Of a stretch of 64,000 bases of DNA, positions 45,758-58,904 are shown piece by piece. Origin of the DNA: Tubulanus polymorphus. Taxonomy: Eukaryota; Animalia; Nemertea. The translations under genes and the position numbers were made by a program. The notes beneath the pieces were generated by a model. That model did not search any database, had not been told where the DNA came from, and saw only the letters and a program-made list of their open reading frames with translations. Position 1 is the first letter of the stretch. Every line of letters begins with the position of its first letter. The DNA lies in assembly GCF_964204645.1 (NCBI RefSeq), contig NC_134033.1:7324655-7388654 (forward strand), written 5' to 3'.

Positions 45758-47315
45758 CATAGGCTTTGTTACCTACCGCTGTCTCATATACAATCCATAT
45801 AATATCGTTCAGCTCACTGAGATCTACAAATAGCCCGCGTGTTTTTTCACGAATCATCGTTACAAAAGCGCTGTCGGGCCGTAAACTTCGAAAATTTAGC
45901 CCCATTCAATGGGGCGACATGTTTTTCGAGTCGTCATCCCGAAATCAACCCGCAGGCCGACTGTCACTTCGATTATCAATTCAAGTATAAATGAACTAAT
46001 TTATTCTTCAAATACAGTCGCGGTCTTCAAACGGTGATTTTAACAATAGCCCATTTTCCTCATCAAATCATATTACCGATACACTGGAAATTTACTACTT
46101 TAGATTTTAAAAGCACTGTCGAGCCGTAAACATCGACGAATCGACGTGTGTTACTACATCGTCGTTCCGGGGATCAGCTGCGAGTTTCTCCTCATCATGA
46201 GAATCAAATCGAGTACAAATTAATTTATTACTACCAGTGATTTGGCTGCGGGTTTCAAGGAGTTAGTATAACAATACCTATTTTTCTTTACCGAATTAAC
46301 CGTGTATTTACTAAGATAAATCTTTAGTGTACCGGGGAATCGTAGGCCTAAACTAAACACGCCGAAGAGATATAGCGGAGAAAAGCTGTTATGTCGACGA
46401 GGTATCAAAATAAAAGAATATACTACTTTATTCGGCCGCGGGCTTCAACCTCTATATCAATAGCATCAATACTCTATATTTCCTACAGTACATACCGATC
46501 ATTGTCAAATGCACAAGGTATTTACTAAATACAAGTATATAACACAATCCTATCCGTATGCTGGACTCACACTTAACATTCGGAGTAAGCGTTCGCTGTG
46601 GGGGAAAGGGATCGTTCGAGTCATATCAAACTGCAGAGTGCGCACGGGGCCGTGCGCAGGAGGCCACGCGCAGGGGGCCGCTTTAATAAAGTGAAAACCA
46701 CACGATATTATTTACGAAACGGCAATACATATACATAGTAGTATGCGATATGAAACTACTCCTACTTCTACCAATTAATCAAATGCATAACCACCATCAA
46801 CCAGTTTATGATTTTACCATCGAGATGCGCATAAAATGGTACACTAAGAACAGTATACAGAGTATATAGTATACAGAGTTCGCTGTGTCGCTTGAAGTGT
46901 TTATCGAGTTTGACGCGGCTTCAGGCCTATCGGTACTGACCTTTACTGTCTCAAACAAACACAGTACAATTGTTGCGTTTATTGACGGACTCATTGGATT
47001 GAACTTCAAAAAAAATTTACGATATTTAGGTGGGTTGTTAAATTCAATAGGCCTACGACCAATCTGTCCGGATGTTAGGCCTACGCATATACAAAGGCCT
47101 ACATAGGCTAGTAGCCTCTACTAGGTTAAGCGTTCGCTGTGGGGGAAAGGAGATCGTTCGCTGTGTCGCTTGAAGTGTTTATCGAGTTTTACGCGACCTT
47201 AAGGCTTTAGTATGGTGGCTGATAAGGGCCATGCGTAAACAAAAACACGTATATGCAAATGAGGGCGACATTATGACCAAACGACAAAACTAAAATAACG
47301 CGACAAAACAATAAT

Positions 47316-49404
47316 TTTGTTTTGTCGCCCGCGACAATTCATTATTTTGGTTTTATCGCCCGCAACAATTCATTAGTTTGGTTTTGTCGCCCGCGACAAT
47401 TCAAGATTTTGGTTTTTCTGCCGCGATAATTCATTTTTTGGATTTGTCGCCCGCGACAATTCAATATTTTGGTTTTGTCGCCCGCGCCAATTCATTATTT
47501 TGGTTTTATCGCCCGCGACAATTCATTAATTTGGTTTTGTCACCCGCGACAAAACAATATTTTGGTTTTGTCGCCCACGACAATTCAATAATTTGGTTTT
47601 ATCGCCCGCGACAATTCATTATTTTGGTTTTATCGCCCGCGACAATCCATTATTTTGGTTTTGTCGCACGCGACAATGGCGACAATTCAAGATTTTGGTT
47701 TTATCGCCCGCGACAATTCATTTTTTTGGATTTGTCGCCCACGACAATTCAATATTTTGGTTTTATCACCCGCGACAATTCATTATTTTGGTTTTATCGC
47801 CCACGACAGTTTTTTTTTCTTTATACCGCGGTTTTATCGCCTGCGACAATTCATTATTTTGGTTTTATCGCCCGCAACAATTCAATAATTTGGTTTTGTC
47901 GCACGCGAGAATGGCGACAATTCAAGATTTTGGTTTTATCGCCCGCGACAATTCATTTTTTTGGATTTGTCGCCCACGACAATTCAATATTTTGGTTTTA
48001 TCGCCCGCGACAATTCATTATTTTGGTTTTATCGCCCGCGACAGTTTTTTTTTCTTTTTGTCGCGGTTTTATCGCCTGCGACACTTCAATATTTTGGTTT
48101 TATCGCCTGCGACAATTCATTATTTTGGTTTTATCGCCCGCGACAATTCATTAGTTTGGTTTTGTCGCCCGCGACAATTGAATATTTTGGTTTTGTCACC
48201 CGCGACAATTCATGATTTTGGTTTTATCCCCTGCGACAATTTATTGTTTTGGTTTTATCGCCCGCGACAATTCATTAGTTTGGTTTTATCGCCCGCGACA
48301 ATTCAATATTTTGGTTTTATCGCCTGCGACACTTCAATATTTTGGTTTTATCGCCTGCGACAATTCATTAGTTTGGTTTTGTCGCCCGCGACAATTGAAT
48401 ATTTTGGTTTTGTCGCCCGCGACAATTCATGATTTTGGTTTTATCGCCCGCGACAATTCATTTTTTTGGTTTTATCGCCTGCGACAATTTATTATTTTGG
48501 TTTTATCGCCCGCGACAATTCATTAGTTTGGTTTTGTCGTCGTGACAATTGAATATTTTGTTTGCGTCGCCCGCGACAATTCATTATTTTGGTTTTATCG
48601 CCCGCGACAATTTTTTTTTTTTGTCGCGGTCTTATCGCCTGCGACACTTCAATATTTTAGTTTATCGCCTGCGACAATTCATTATTTTGGTTTTATCGCC
48701 TGCGACAATTCATTAGTTTGGTTTTGTCGCCCACGACAATTGAATATTTTGGTTTTGTCGCCCGCGACAATTCATGATTTTGGTTTTATAGCCCGCGACA
48801 ATTCATTTTTTTGGTTTTATCGCCTGCGACAATTTATTATTTTGGTTTTATCGCCGCGACAATTCATTAGTTTGGTTTTATCGCCCGCGACAATTCAATA
48901 TTTTGGTTTTATCACCCACGACCATTCATTATTTTGGTTTTATATTTTGTTTTTATCGCCCGTGCCAATTTTTTTTTTGGTTTTGTCGCCCGCGACAATT
49001 CAATATTTTGGTTTTGTCACCCGCGACAATTCATTATTTTGGTTTTATCACCCGCAACAATTCAATATTTTGTTTTTATCGCCTGCGACAATTCATTATT
49101 TTGGTTTTGTCGCCCGCGACAATTCATTATTTTGATTTTCTCGCCCGCGACGATTCAATGTTTTGTTTTTGTCGCCCGAGGCGATTCATTATTTTGGTTT
49201 TGTCGCCCGTGACAATTCAATATTTTGATTTTGTCGCCTGCAACGATTCATTATTTTGGTTTTATTGCCCGCGACAATTCAATATTTTTGTTTTATCGCC
49301 CGCGACAATTCATTAGTTTTGTTTTATCGCCCGCGACAATTCATTAGTTTGGTTTTGTCGCCCACGACAATTCAATATTTTGGTTTTGTCGCCCGCGACA
49401 ATTA
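47316..49404. repeat. 31-bp minisatellite (TTTTGGTTTTRTCGCCCGCGACAATTCAWTA), ~65-70 units
   Basis: Directly visible; explains the repetitive ORFs in all three + frames. Confidence 0.95.
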
Positions 49405-50190
49405 TTTTTCAGTCCACTTGGGACTTTAGTCCCAGCGGGCTATTGCGTTCACTTTTCGTCCGTCCGTCCGTCCATAGACGGAATCCAGTTATTTTGGGAA
49501 GTTTTGAAGACGCTTCAAGGTAATGTCTTGATATTTGGTTTATACATGTATCTACCCTAGACACATCGTCAGCCCAAAAACTGGCCCTGTCAGATTTAAG
49601 ATGGCCGACTGGCAGCCATTGTTCTTTGCCAAAATCAGCACTTTTTAAACATTTTCGAAGTTTTCGTGGGAAATTTTGAAGACGCTTTGATCAATTACCT
49701 TGATCTTTCGTTTATATTTGAATCTACCAAAGGCCCATCAGCATAAGAAAATTGGGTCGATCTGACTCAAGATGGCCGTCCTATGACCTTTTTAGTGCCC
49801 AAAAATGTCAATTTTGGCCAGAATTCTAGGTCACGTAGCTTCCTACTGGTTTGCCATTTCTCATTGCAATTGCTGATGGGTATTCTTTAGAGAGGGATGT
49901 TTTATACCTGGGACAGGTATCATTGATCAGCCAATTATGACGCAATTGGCGGCCATCTTGGTGTCATCAGTACTCATTCGTAGGTGGGAAAACAGTTTTT
50001 CCACATTAAATTGATACCTAAGCATATTGTGTTACTATATTCAATTGGAAAGTTGCAGCCCATAACGTGTTCTATGATTTTGGTGAGTTTCAAGGTCATT
50101 GGTTTTTGTATGTGGCCATCAGGGGGCGTTGAATAATACAATAACTTAGTATTGCTATATTTGTACCAAGGCATATTTTGTTACCATGAT
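49405..50190 (+). mobile_element. Helentron-like non-autonomous element (3'-truncated) inserted in the satellite
   Basis: TTTTT-CAGTCCACTTGGGAC..GTCCCAGCGGGCT, (GTCC)n, repeated AAGATGGCCG cores; homology to 40333-40611. Confidence 0.68.
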
Positions 50191-50355
50191 CGATTCATTA
50201 TTTTGGTGTTATCGCCCGCGACAATTCAATATTTTGTTTTTGTCGTCCGCGACAATTCATTATTTTGGTGTTATCGCCCGCGACAATTCAATATTTTGGT
50301 TTTATCGCCCCCGACAATTCATTATTTTGGTTTTATCGCCCGCGACAATTCATTA
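50191..50355. repeat. Continuation of the 31-bp minisatellite (~5 units)
   Basis: Directly visible. Confidence 0.9.
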
Positions 50356-50419
50356 AGCCATTTTTAGATTTTATTTTCTTTTCACCTACCATTTATATAA
50401 CAAAAAAATTAGTTGTGAT

Positions 50420-50697
50420 GTTGTAACTAGAATTCAACTAGAATGTAACTAGAATTCAACTAGATTAACAAGCTAGTTGAAATATTGTTGTTTTTGTTTA
50501 TTTCTTGTTAAATCTAGTTGATTTTTGTTTCAACTACTAACAACTAGAATTCAACTAGAATGTAACTAAAAATATACTAGATTAACAAGCTAGTTGAAAT
50601 ATTGTTGTTTTTATTTATTTTTTTGTTACAACTACCAATAACTAGAATTCAACTAGAATGTAACTAGAATTCAACTAGATTATTAAGCTAGTTGAAT
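50420..50697. repeat. 11-bp tandem repeats (AACTAGAATTC/AACTAGAATGT) in three higher-order blocks downstream of the P2 ATPase
   Basis: Directly visible. Confidence 0.85.
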
Positions 50698-51303
50698 TTA
50701 AATAAATTCATATTTAAATGGGTGTTGTAATCTAAATAGTAATTTTGATCTTTTAATATTTTTCAACTTATCCATATATTCATTATGTAAATCATGTGGA
50801 ATAATATCATTTTCCTCAAGTGCATTTTTCATCGATTTTCTATCTTTATTGTAGAATAAAACTAGAAATCTTATATTCTCCCTAAAGTCTTTAACAATTG
50901 AATTATATTTTTGATTTAAAACCCATGTTGTTATCCCAAAATGTCTAGAGAAAGCTAAATAACATAACTCACTTTCTCTCACTTTTGAATCATGTAAATT
51001 TGCGCAATCATCTATGATAAATAATGTATTTGATCCTTTATAAATATCAATTGCTATTTTTATACAATTATCTAAATTTTCTTTTACTGTTTTAGGATCT
51101 AATATAATAAATTTATTATTTCTAGTAATATTTCTATCATAAGTTTGATTAAATTCATATGTTGGACAAAATAATACTATATTATCAAAATAATTTTCAT
51201 AAACAGTTTCTAATAAATTTAATATAAAATAAGTTTTTCCACAATTTGTTACACCAGAAATGAACATATTATGAGGTTCAAATATAAATAATTCCTTATT
51301 CAT
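50698..51303 (-). CDS. P2 packaging ATPase (lacks the Gly of SGRH)
   Basis: GVTNCGKT, FIIDD; close homolog of 4863-5477. Confidence 0.85.
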   Translation of the reverse strand: MNKELFIFEPHNMFISGVTNCGKTYFILNLLETVYENYFDNIVLFCPTYEFNQTYDRNITRNNKFIILDPKTVKENLDNCIKIAIDIYKGSNTLFIIDDCANLHDSKVRESELCYLAFSRHFGITTWVLNQKYNSIVKDFRENIRFLVLFYNKDRKSMKNALEENDIIPHDLHNEYMDKLKNIKRSKLLFRLQHPFKYEFI

Positions 51304-52429
51304 TTATATATTTTTAATTTTACTTGACAATATCCATTCATTGAATTTATCTGGCCATCCAACCCATTTTACTAAAGAATATTTTTTTCTTTTAACAGTT
51401 TTTGTTTTTTATACTTTTTCAATTTTATATTCTTGTTCTAGATTTTCAGTAGTTAAACTCAATTCTTCTTCATAAAAATACCCATCAACTTCTTCACCAT
51501 CTAAATCTTCTAATTTATAGACATATGGTTTTGTTATTACCTTTTTTATTTTATACATTTCCCTAGTAAAATTTCGATCGTATCCTTTGTCAAATATCTT
51601 TTTATACTTAGAAATTCTAACATTTTGACCAACTTTAAATTTAGGTTCACCAAAATCATCTACAAGAAATGCTCCATATAAATTATTCCAAACAATTTCA
51701 GCATTTTCAGGTTTTCTAGCATCAATAGGTTTCATTCCAATAGAAGAATGATAAGAATTATTATATCCTTCTATCAATTTTGGTAAAACATCAATCCATT
51801 TTAAAAGTATTATTTGCTGTAAAATATTTCCACATTCTTGTTCTTAATGTTCTATTAAATCGTTCAACAACTGCTGCTTTTTTATCCGATTTTGTTGAAA
51901 AATATTTAATATTATGATTGTCTAAGAGTTCATGAACAAGTGAATTATCAAACTCTTTTCCATCATCAAATTGTATTTTTTCTGGTTTTAGTTTATCATC
52001 CGAAAGAAATTTTCTTGAAACATTTGATGTTTGTACAGCATCTTTTCTATAAAGTGGGAAGCTTTACATAACGACTAAAAATATCAATTATATTCAATAA
52101 CCACCAATAATCATCATTATCTTTCTTAACATTTTTCATATCAATTAAATCTCCTTGCCACTGTTGATCTACATAACTTACCATAGTTTTACGAGTTTTA
52201 TATTTTCTAACAATTTTTTTATGTGTTGTGTATGTTGGTTGTTCTAACATAAATTCATTTATATCTTTATATTTAACTAAATTTTGTGGGATTATCTTAT
52301 CTAATTTATCTTGTTTTACTTGACGCCATATATTTTTGGTAGAAGAATAAGCAACCGAACTCTCAGGGTTGTAATATAAATTTCTTAAATATTGTTCTTT
52401 AATATTAGGAGTTTTTTTTTACCGCCCAT
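51296..52429 (-). pseudogene. int: P2 RVE integrase with chromodomain, several frameshifts
   Basis: QQWQGDLIDM, IIDIFSRY, FDDGKEF, VERFNRTL, VKWVGWPDKFNEWI in shifting frames. Confidence 0.9.
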
Positions 52430-52459
52430 TTATATATCCTTAATTTTAACTTTATATTT

Positions 52460-53707
52460 CTAATATTGAATACTATCTAATTGAGAATTTACAATATTTA
52501 ATTGTGCGTCAGATATAATATAAATGTGCATTTTAAAATTCAAGCTTCCTTTTTTCTTTTTCATGAATAATTGTATTCCATCTTTAGTGTTCTGTAGTTT
52601 TTTCCCAGAACCATGTAATGAATTATCCTCTGTTGTTCTAAAATCTAACCATAATGCATATTTATTACCGGTATAATAATCAATTTGATTAATATTACAA
52701 TTTTCAAATGATTTTACTTTTTCATTCATAAAATGTTTTCTAATTTCTGGCCATTGATCTATCATTCTCATTCCTTGACAAAATATTTTATTTGCTATTC
52801 CTTCGATTGTTATTTCTACTTTTGTTATTTCAGGATTATAATAATTATCTACCTTTATTGCGCCATTAGTATATGTTGCAATGGTAAAAAATATTAATAT
52901 ACCTTTAATCGATCTTCTTGGGAAGTTAATATTCTCATTAATTATGTCATCATTTGCATTAATAGTTACAGTTTTAAATTTATCAATATTATCATATAAT
53001 AATGAAAATCCTTGATTGTATTGAGTTTGAATTGTGCTAGCAATATTTTCATTAGTTACTGTGTTATATTGTAAACATATATTCGATAATTTATAACCCA
53101 TATCTTTAACAACGCTAGATAATACAATTTCATTTACAGGAGCAAATGTTATCTCAAATATAATATCTTCTTGAATTGCATATTTATATAAAGGTGCATT
53201 ATTATTTATCAATTCAAAGTCTAATGGAATTTTATATTTGCTTCCATAAATCTTTTTAATCAAATTATCTACGTCATTAGTTACTACTGCATTATTGGCT
53301 TCAGATCTTAATTTATTTTGGTTTTCTGATTGGATACCTTGAAATATCATATTATTTCTATTTTCTTTAGTTAACCATAAATCTTTATAATGTGCAAATA
53401 AATTATAATCATCTAATGAGAAAACTGTTTCTGGTCCAATCTTTATAGTTAATTTTTTAATCAAATATCTTCCAACATTATCAACAACATAATTATTATT
53501 ATTACCAGTTACTTTTATATCGGCTGATAAATAAATACTATTTGGAACATAAAAAGTATTTTGTGTTAATCTAGGAATTCTAACATATAAAGTTTCATCG
53601 GGATTAATATTTGAAGGATTATGAGTAATTATATGATGAGATCTTTGTGCTTTAATAGCATTAGATATTCTATGATTCTTAGAAGGATTGATATAACTCC
53701 CACTCAT
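52460..53707 (-). CDS. P2 major capsid protein (inferred), intact 415-aa ORF
   Basis: Uninterrupted homolog of 6631-7880. Confidence 0.75.
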   Translation of the reverse strand: MSGSYINPSKNHRISNAIKAQRSHHIITHNPSNINPDETLYVRIPRLTQNTFYVPNSIYLSADIKVTGNNNNYVVDNVGRYLIKKLTIKIGPETVFSLDDYNLFAHYKDLWLTKENRNNMIFQGIQSENQNKLRSEANNAVVTNDVDNLIKKIYGSKYKIPLDFELINNNAPLYKYAIQEDIIFEITFAPVNEIVLSSVVKDMGYKLSNICLQYNTVTNENIASTIQTQYNQGFSLLYDNIDKFKTVTINANDDIINENINFPRRSIKGILIFFTIATYTNGAIKVDNYYNPEITKVEITIEGIANKIFCQGMRMIDQWPEIRKHFMNEKVKSFENCNINQIDYYTGNKYALWLDFRTTEDNSLHGSGKKLQNTKDGIQLFMKKKKGSLNFKMHIYIISDAQLNIVNSQLDSIQY

Positions 53708-53747
53708 TTATTTAACAAAAAAATTAATTATTTATTTTTTATCATGG

Positions 53748-55211
53748 TTACTTGATATTTTTTGATATCATATTTACTAAACCAAAAATAATAGCACTTA
53801 CAATTGTAATTAAAAATAAAATAATATGTTCAGCAGCAAAGTTAAGAATATTCCCAGCAGATTTCAATATAAAACCAACAATTGATGCAATAATTCCTGG
53901 TAAAGCTGCAGCAGATTTTTTAGATAGTTCCCATAAATATTTTGCTAATTTCTTTAAACCATCTTTAACTTTATCTTGTATAGAATTATTATCTGGGGGT
54001 TTATCTGGTTTATTTGGAGTAGGAGTAGATTTTAAAGCATTTGATATTGCTAAACCAATTGTTGTAAATAACATAGTTACAGCTGTTAGAATTGAAAGAA
54101 TTGTTATTCCTTCTAATTTAAATAATAATTTTATCCTATCTTTTAATGATATTTTAGAATTTGGTTTTATCAACAAATCTTTAAAAATAACTTTTAATCT
54201 ATTAATATTATAATCATATGATTTTAATAATAATTTAATTTCTTCTTTTTGTAATTCTATGTTATATTCTAAATCATCTTTTTCTTTTCCTAAATATGCA
54301 TTTCTTTTTTTAAATTCAATTTCTTCAATAACTTTATTATCTCTATCTAATTTTAATTGTTCTATTTCTTTATTTTTATCAGTTAATTCTTTTTCTAAAG
54401 TTCTAATTTTTAAATCTCTTATACTTTTATCATGCGCAATTTTATCAGATGCATGTCTTATACTTTCAATTTCTCTAATTGCTTTATCAGAAAATATATC
54501 TAAATCTTCTAATTCTTGATCTGTTGCATCAATTAATCCATTCGGTAAAAGTTTTTCAATTGGAACTTTATTTGATTTAAGTTTACTAGTTTTGGAAGTT
54601 ATATTCTGTTCAGAAGTTGTTTCTGTTTCTGATTTCTTTTTGATTATTTCAAATAATTCATTAATTCTTTGTTTAAATACGTCTATATTATCATCTATTT
54701 CTTTTTGTGTAACATCAGTTATTTCATTACTATTACTTATTATTTTAATTTTATCTGGTTTCAAACTTTTCAAAGTTGATTCCGCGAATATTTTTTTTTT
54801 ATTTTTAGAAGTGATATCAATATAATAATCACCTTTCAAACGATAATAACATTTACCATTATCTAAAAATTTTAATTGATCTGCTAAAAGTCCAACGTCT
54901 TCATCATTTATATTAAGTTTAGATTTTTCAATTAAATCTTCTAATTTAGGTATTTTGTTTAAATTAAGTATTAGTACTTCTAATTTAGGTATTTTGTCTA
55001 AATCTTGTTTTACTAAATCGGGGTCTAAATTTTCAGGATTTAATTGTGATTCTGCATTTTTAATATAATCAGGCATATTTAAATTATTATTATATTCTGG
55101 CTCATTATCATCATTAAAACTTGTTTCACTAAAATCAGGTTGTTGTTCATCACTTATACCAGGTTCATCAAAAGGATCCATTCCAATATCTTCTCCACCT
55201 TCTACATCCAT
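53748..55211 (-). CDS. P2 homolog of the 488-aa coiled-coil/membrane protein (intact)
   Basis: C-terminal ~150 aa almost identical to P1, N-terminus diverged. Confidence 0.85.
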   Translation of the reverse strand: MDVEGGEDIGMDPFDEPGISDEQQPDFSETSFNDDNEPEYNNNLNMPDYIKNAESQLNPENLDPDLVKQDLDKIPKLEVLILNLNKIPKLEDLIEKSKLNINDEDVGLLADQLKFLDNGKCYYRLKGDYYIDITSKNKKKIFAESTLKSLKPDKIKIISNSNEITDVTQKEIDDNIDVFKQRINELFEIIKKKSETETTSEQNITSKTSKLKSNKVPIEKLLPNGLIDATDQELEDLDIFSDKAIREIESIRHASDKIAHDKSIRDLKIRTLEKELTDKNKEIEQLKLDRDNKVIEEIEFKKRNAYLGKEKDDLEYNIELQKEEIKLLLKSYDYNINRLKVIFKDLLIKPNSKISLKDRIKLLFKLEGITILSILTAVTMLFTTIGLAISNALKSTPTPNKPDKPPDNNSIQDKVKDGLKKLAKYLWELSKKSAAALPGIIASIVGFILKSAGNILNFAAEHIILFLITIVSAIIFGLVNMISKNIK

Positions 55212-55227
55212 TTATATAATAAAAAAA

Positions 55228-57764
55228 TTAAAATTTAAAATATAATATTCCTCCTATAACAATTCCTATACAAGTTAAAGCTAATTTAGTATTTTCGTGG
55301 AATTTATTATCATTATCAGTTTTAATTATATCATGCTGAATATTATCAGTTTTTATATTTTCTGATGTATTGTAATCTTTTATTTTAGAATCATTATGCA
55401 ATTTAATATTTTTAGTTTTAGTTTCTGTTGATCGAATATGTTTTTTGACGCCTTATAAAACGTTACCATTATGAAACCTAAACAATGTTAACCATTCAGC
55501 GTCATTTTACAAACGACAGCCGTAAATCGATGTGCAAAACGTCACAGGTCTATGTGTACACAAATAAGCTATCTGGCAAAATATTATTGACATAGATGTA
55601 GAATGGCTTCCTGTGATTATATAATGACCTATATTTGAACGTCGAAATGTTATATTGCATTGAATATCATTAGAAGACGTATTGTAATAGTAAAGGATGT
55701 ATGATTATATCAGAAGCGGCAGGGATAAATATAAATGATAAGTAAATCGGATTATTCGATTAAATGGCGGATGTATACACGATTTGGAAGTCTGATATAA
55801 AAGTCAGACCCTGACGTGGGCATGCCGGTGGAATGACGAAGCTATCTACGATGTGTGTAGGGCCGGCGTGAATTTCATCAGCGGCTACAAGCGGTCAATA
55901 TGAAAATGTGTAAACATATAATTTCAATATTCAAACGTTTTAGAAAATATGTTTGATATTAGGAGTATGCAGGTTTCGTGAGATTAGCAATTTATAATAG
56001 CATAGCTATCATATACGGCTCCGCGTCCTCTGATGGCATGTGTATTAGGTGACAATTCAATTCAATTCTTTATTGATCCTTATTACATTGAAATTTCGGG
56101 ATAAAATTCCCAAATTCAATAAATACAAATTTTTAAATAAATTAATATAACATACATGACACACGGGTAATTCATACAGAACAACATAAGCATGTTATTT
56201 TAAATGACAATGTCTACTTCAACCCACCCAGACTCAAGACTCTAGGATATCGAGTGACAGCCAAACCCGTGGCCCGGGCCGGCTGGCTAGGCCACACGAT
56301 ATGCTCGAAGTCATGATGAAGCAGACATCAGAAGAGCTCGTTCTTCAACCATGGAGGCAATGAAGTTGCAGACCAGCTTAGAGGCATAAGTAAATGAAGT
56401 CGGTCGCAGGTTCGCGATCAATTATTGAGAATTTTCAATAAAAAAATTTAAACTACTACTAAGGTCGAAGACCCGCTGTATCATCTACCCAATCGCCAAA
56501 TCTCATCATTCCCCAAATTTCGATTTCAAATTTGCAATTCCACATTAGCTTAGTCCAGAAATTATACATTTTTTTCGCAGGCGTCAAATAATTTTTTAAA
56601 ATTAATTTTCTTGTTTATTTTTTTCACCTTCCATTAATTTTGGAGCAGTGATAATCTTTTTATTTATATCATTTAATGCAAATGAATTATTTATTGTTGC
56701 AGTTTTAATTAGATTATTATAACCAATTATATTTCCCATCTTTAGTACTAAATCATTAGAAATAATTAATAGATTAGGGCCTATACAATAATTTAGTCTT
56801 ACATGTGATTTATCTAAATAATTGTGATATCTTACAATGTTTTCTGGAATCGATCTATTTTTATCATTATGAATAGAATCTTCAAACAATACTTTGAATT
56901 GTTTCTGTGTATCAAATGATGTATTCAAATTTCCAATTATTGGGGATCTTGTTTCAACTTGCGCACCTAAAATACATATCAAATAAGTTCTAATAGATTG
57001 ATTTATTCTTTGTATACCTGATTTTGTAAAACCTTCATTATTTTCTAAAATGAAATAAACCCAACCATTATTGTTTTCTTGTTTTAAATTATCATAAAAT
57101 GTCGGTAATTTATTGAAATTTAATGTTTCTAAATCCTTAGTTTCTATTTTACCATAACCTAATTTATTATTATAGATATTATAAAAGCTATTAGATGGTA
57201 TGGGAAGTGCACAATATTCTGCAATCTTTTTAGGGCAAGGAAGTGATCTTATTGTTCCAATTTTTGTTCTAAAATCAGAATTATTTATATCTATATTAAA
57301 TTCATTACAAATTTTATAAAACTTTGATAAATTAATATTATTATCTAATTCTTTAAAATACCTAGATCCTGGTAAAGCGCACTCTAATTCATTTAATATT
57401 ATTCTGATTTGAAAGTAAGTATGAAATCTAAACAAACTTTGAATTAATTTATATTTAGAATTATTCAAATGATCATTCCAACTAATTCCACATCCTGTTG
57501 TTGCACAATAAACAGCAATATACTTCATATTAGATTTTAATAACCATTTTCATCTTTCATTTTTTTAAAATTAATTAAATAAACATGAAATATATTTTCC
57601 ATCTTTGCATTAAAATTATTACTTTCAGTAACATAAATATATAAATCAATTAATGAATTTAAAACTTCATTTCTATATGTAATATCTTTATTAAAATCTA
57701 TTGCTGGAATATGATATTTAATTGATTTATTATATTGGAAAGCTTTTGGAAAACTATCTACCAT
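55228..57764 (-). pseudogene. P2 homolog of the 462-aa protein, frameshifted and interrupted
   Basis: Fragments 57764-57537, 57528-56614, 55443-55228 colinear with P1. Confidence 0.88.
55443..56613. mobile_element. ~1.17-kb non-coding insertion, Helentron-like
   Basis: Inserted in a T tract with no clear TSD; asymmetric inverted repeat TTTGACGCC (55444) / GGCGTCAAA (56580). Confidence 0.5.
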
Positions 57765-57780
57765 TTATATAATTAAAAAA

Positions 57781-58216
57781 TTAATAATTTATTAATTGTT
57801 TTAATAATTTATCTTGTTCTTCAACTGTTATATGACCATTTAAACTTATTATATAATCTAGTGTATTCTTTAATTTATTAATTTCTTTTATATTAGTTTT
57901 AATTTTTTCTTTATTACTTTTTATATTTAATTTTGAACTTATACCAGTTAATACACTTGAACGTAATCCTAATACACCAATTGATATAGCTAAAGGTGTT
58001 AATGGACTGAATATTGCTAGAAATTTTATTACAGAACTAATTGTAACCGAACCACTTATAATCAAATAATATATAATTTTACTTTTTGAATATTTTTTTC
58101 TTTTTAACTTTTAAGTCGCTTTCAAATTCTAATATTTGTTTTTCTAAATATATTTTTAATTTAGTTTTATTTATATCATGAGGAATAATATCAATATTAT
58201 CAACTTTATCTTCCAT
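57781..58216 (-). pseudogene. P2 homolog of the 144-aa protein, frameshifted in A runs
   Basis: Colinear with 10811-11245. Confidence 0.82.
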
Positions 58217-58232
58217 TTATTTAGAAAAAAAA

Positions 58233-58658
58233 TTACAAATTAGTAAATTTATACGCTACAAATATAACAATAACTGTTCCCCCTAAAATCCAAATTATTT
58301 CATATTTCTGTTGTTCTTTACTTGGGGTATAATAATCTGATAATTTAGGTTTGTATAGATGTAATTTTTCTTTATTTGTTACCGCGTTATATAAACTCAT
58401 TGCATCATCAACTGATTGAAAATCTCTATGTGAAATTTTCTGATTATATAATTCTTTGTTAATGTAATCCATATAGTTTTGTCTCTTTTCTCTTTATTCT
58501 TCTGCTGCTTTATTATATTTCTCTAATGCTAAGTTATGTCTTCTTTGTTCTCCTAATGAACTATTTTTATCAATATGCTTAAATAAATAACCGCCACCAG
58601 TAAATGCTAAAGCGTTAACAATTGCTGACCCTATAATAGTTATTATTGCAGAAGCCAT
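58233..58658 (-). pseudogene. P2 homolog of the 140-aa protein, premature TAA
   Basis: Colinear with 11265-11687. Confidence 0.82.
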
Positions 58659-58682
58659 TTATTTAGCAAAAAAATTATGCAT

Positions 58683-58904
58683 TTATATAGGAGGAATATA
58701 TTTTTGTTTTTCTAAATAATCAATAGTTAAATTAGATAAAGTAACTGCTAATGTTAATTTTAAAATATCATTTATATCAAATCTATCAACATTAACACTT
58801 CCCATTTTGAATACTTTTTTTAATACCATTGAATAACCAACAGTTCCAACTGATAGTAATGCGCCATTATATAATCCAATTATTATCCACTTATTATCAC
58901 TCAT
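58683..58904 (-). CDS. P2 73-aa hydrophobic protein
   Basis: 71/73 aa identical to P1 copy. Confidence 0.8.
   Translation of the reverse strand: MSDNKWIIIGLYNGALLSVGTVGYSMVLKKVFKMGSVNVDRFDINDILKLTLAVTLSNLTIDYLEKQKYIPPI

Larger units (their letters stand above)
45760..50357. mobile_element. Unclassified ~4.6-kb insertion in P2 containing the satellite array (boundaries approximate)
   Basis: Abrupt GC rise between two AT-rich Polinton segments; internal direct repeats 46586-46618/47127-47160 and 46878-46917/47157-47195. Confidence 0.5.

Noticed and set aside
47316-50355. CRISPR-like array (31-bp partly palindromic repeats)
   Set aside because: Units are contiguous with no unique spacers, no cas genes, eukaryotic context; it is a minisatellite and its ORFs are artefacts
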